From NCBI GenBank assembly GCA_963762345.1, contig CAVXKI010000002.1, positions 370 to 64,369 of the forward strand: 64,000 bases of DNA, given 5' to 3'. A model generated the notes under the pieces. That model had not been told where the DNA came from. It saw only the letters and a program-made list of their open reading frames with translations, and searched no databases. Positions 63,849 through 64,000 of this stretch are shown piece after piece (positions within the stretch are counted from its first letter, which is position 1; every line of letters starts with the position of its first letter). The stretch comes from an uncultured Candidatus Micrarchaeota archaeon. Its GTDB lineage: Archaea; Micrarchaeota; Micrarchaeia; Micrarchaeales; Micrarchaeaceae. The position numbers and the translations under genes are program-made.

Positions 63849-64000
63849 GTGGGTCAAATTGCTATAACTACTAGTGTGAAGGTTTCGAGGCTGACAAAGC
63901 GAGAGCAGTTGGTAATCCTCGAGATCGGGGACGACATGATAGACAGCGCGTCCGCATTTGTGTCTTACATGAGCGAGAGCTATGGCTTCTCAAAGAGTTC
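63849..64000 (+). CDS. hypothetical protein, 5' fragment (possible winged-helix regulator) running off the window
   Basis: Open frame from GTG 63849 to the window end: ...VKVSRLTKREQLVILEIGDDMIDSASAFVSYMSESYGFSKS. Weak call. Confidence 0.25.
   Translation, partial: MGQIAITTSVKVSRLTKREQLVILEIGDDMIDSASAFVSYMSESYGFSKS

Noticed and set aside
1-64000. CRISPR arrays, rRNA genes, IS elements/transposases, prophage genes
   Set aside because: No regularly spaced direct repeats were seen; the only repeated DNA motifs occur twice each and sit in promoters. No rRNA-like conserved stretches were seen, and no DDE/tyrosine/serine recombinase motifs appear in any frame of the ORF track.

Overview
Hand analysis only; no searches or computations were run, and GC values are by-eye estimates. 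The window joins two unrelated backgrounds.

(A) 1 to ~7140 is AT-rich Firmicutes/Bacillales-like DNA with every gene on the minus strand. It holds a decayed MFS efflux gene and a CstR/CsoR-headed sulfur-trafficking (cst/yrk-like) cluster: TusA x2, DsrE-like x2, several rhodaneses, a rhodanese-MBL persulfide-dioxygenase-type enzyme and a TauE/SafE exporter. More than half of these genes carry a single indel (mostly in homopolymer runs) or an in-frame stop.

(B) ~7217 to 64000 is archaeal DNA of visibly higher GC. Markers are aRF1, Pelota, CDP-archaeol synthase, an STT3/AglB-like OST, SerRS, tRNA-Leu(UAG), an S-layer-type glycoprotein and TTTAAATA-type TATA boxes. It probably comes from a small-genome (DPANN- or Thermoplasmatota-like) archaeon, but the lineage cannot be fixed from sequence alone.

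The stand-out is a ~22-kb co-directional minus-strand gene array (7217-29278). It contains:
- a minimal VirB4/HerA-type ATPase;
- two paralogous 2-TM proteins;
- six paralogous polytopic membrane proteins sharing an FR-x-x-PF-x-R-x-x-GG loop motif;
- two small multi-TM proteins;
- one small signal-peptide plus two-helix (VirB2/TrbC-like) protein with its own promoter and terminator;
- four giant (499-932 aa) Cys-rich secreted proteins that each end in the same two-helix hairpin.

I read this as an expanded, previously undescribed relative of conjugative-pilus / Ced-Ted type machinery in which pilin modules are fused to adhesin-like ectodomains.

Flanking it are:
- a radical SAM/SPASM plus glycosylation cluster;
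- a ~7-kb island of hypothetical genes next to the tRNA, including a Cys-His-Asp transglutaminase/papain-like protein, a Cys-pair-repeat surface protein and shared upstream DNA motifs;
- an S-layer gene trio;
- an OST/FkbM/ComB/ABC-transporter block;
- housekeeping genes, several of them frame-disrupted: aRF1, Pelota, a bacterial-type short AlaRS, CarS and a Cas4-like nuclease.

No CRISPR array, rRNA, transposase or integrase was seen.
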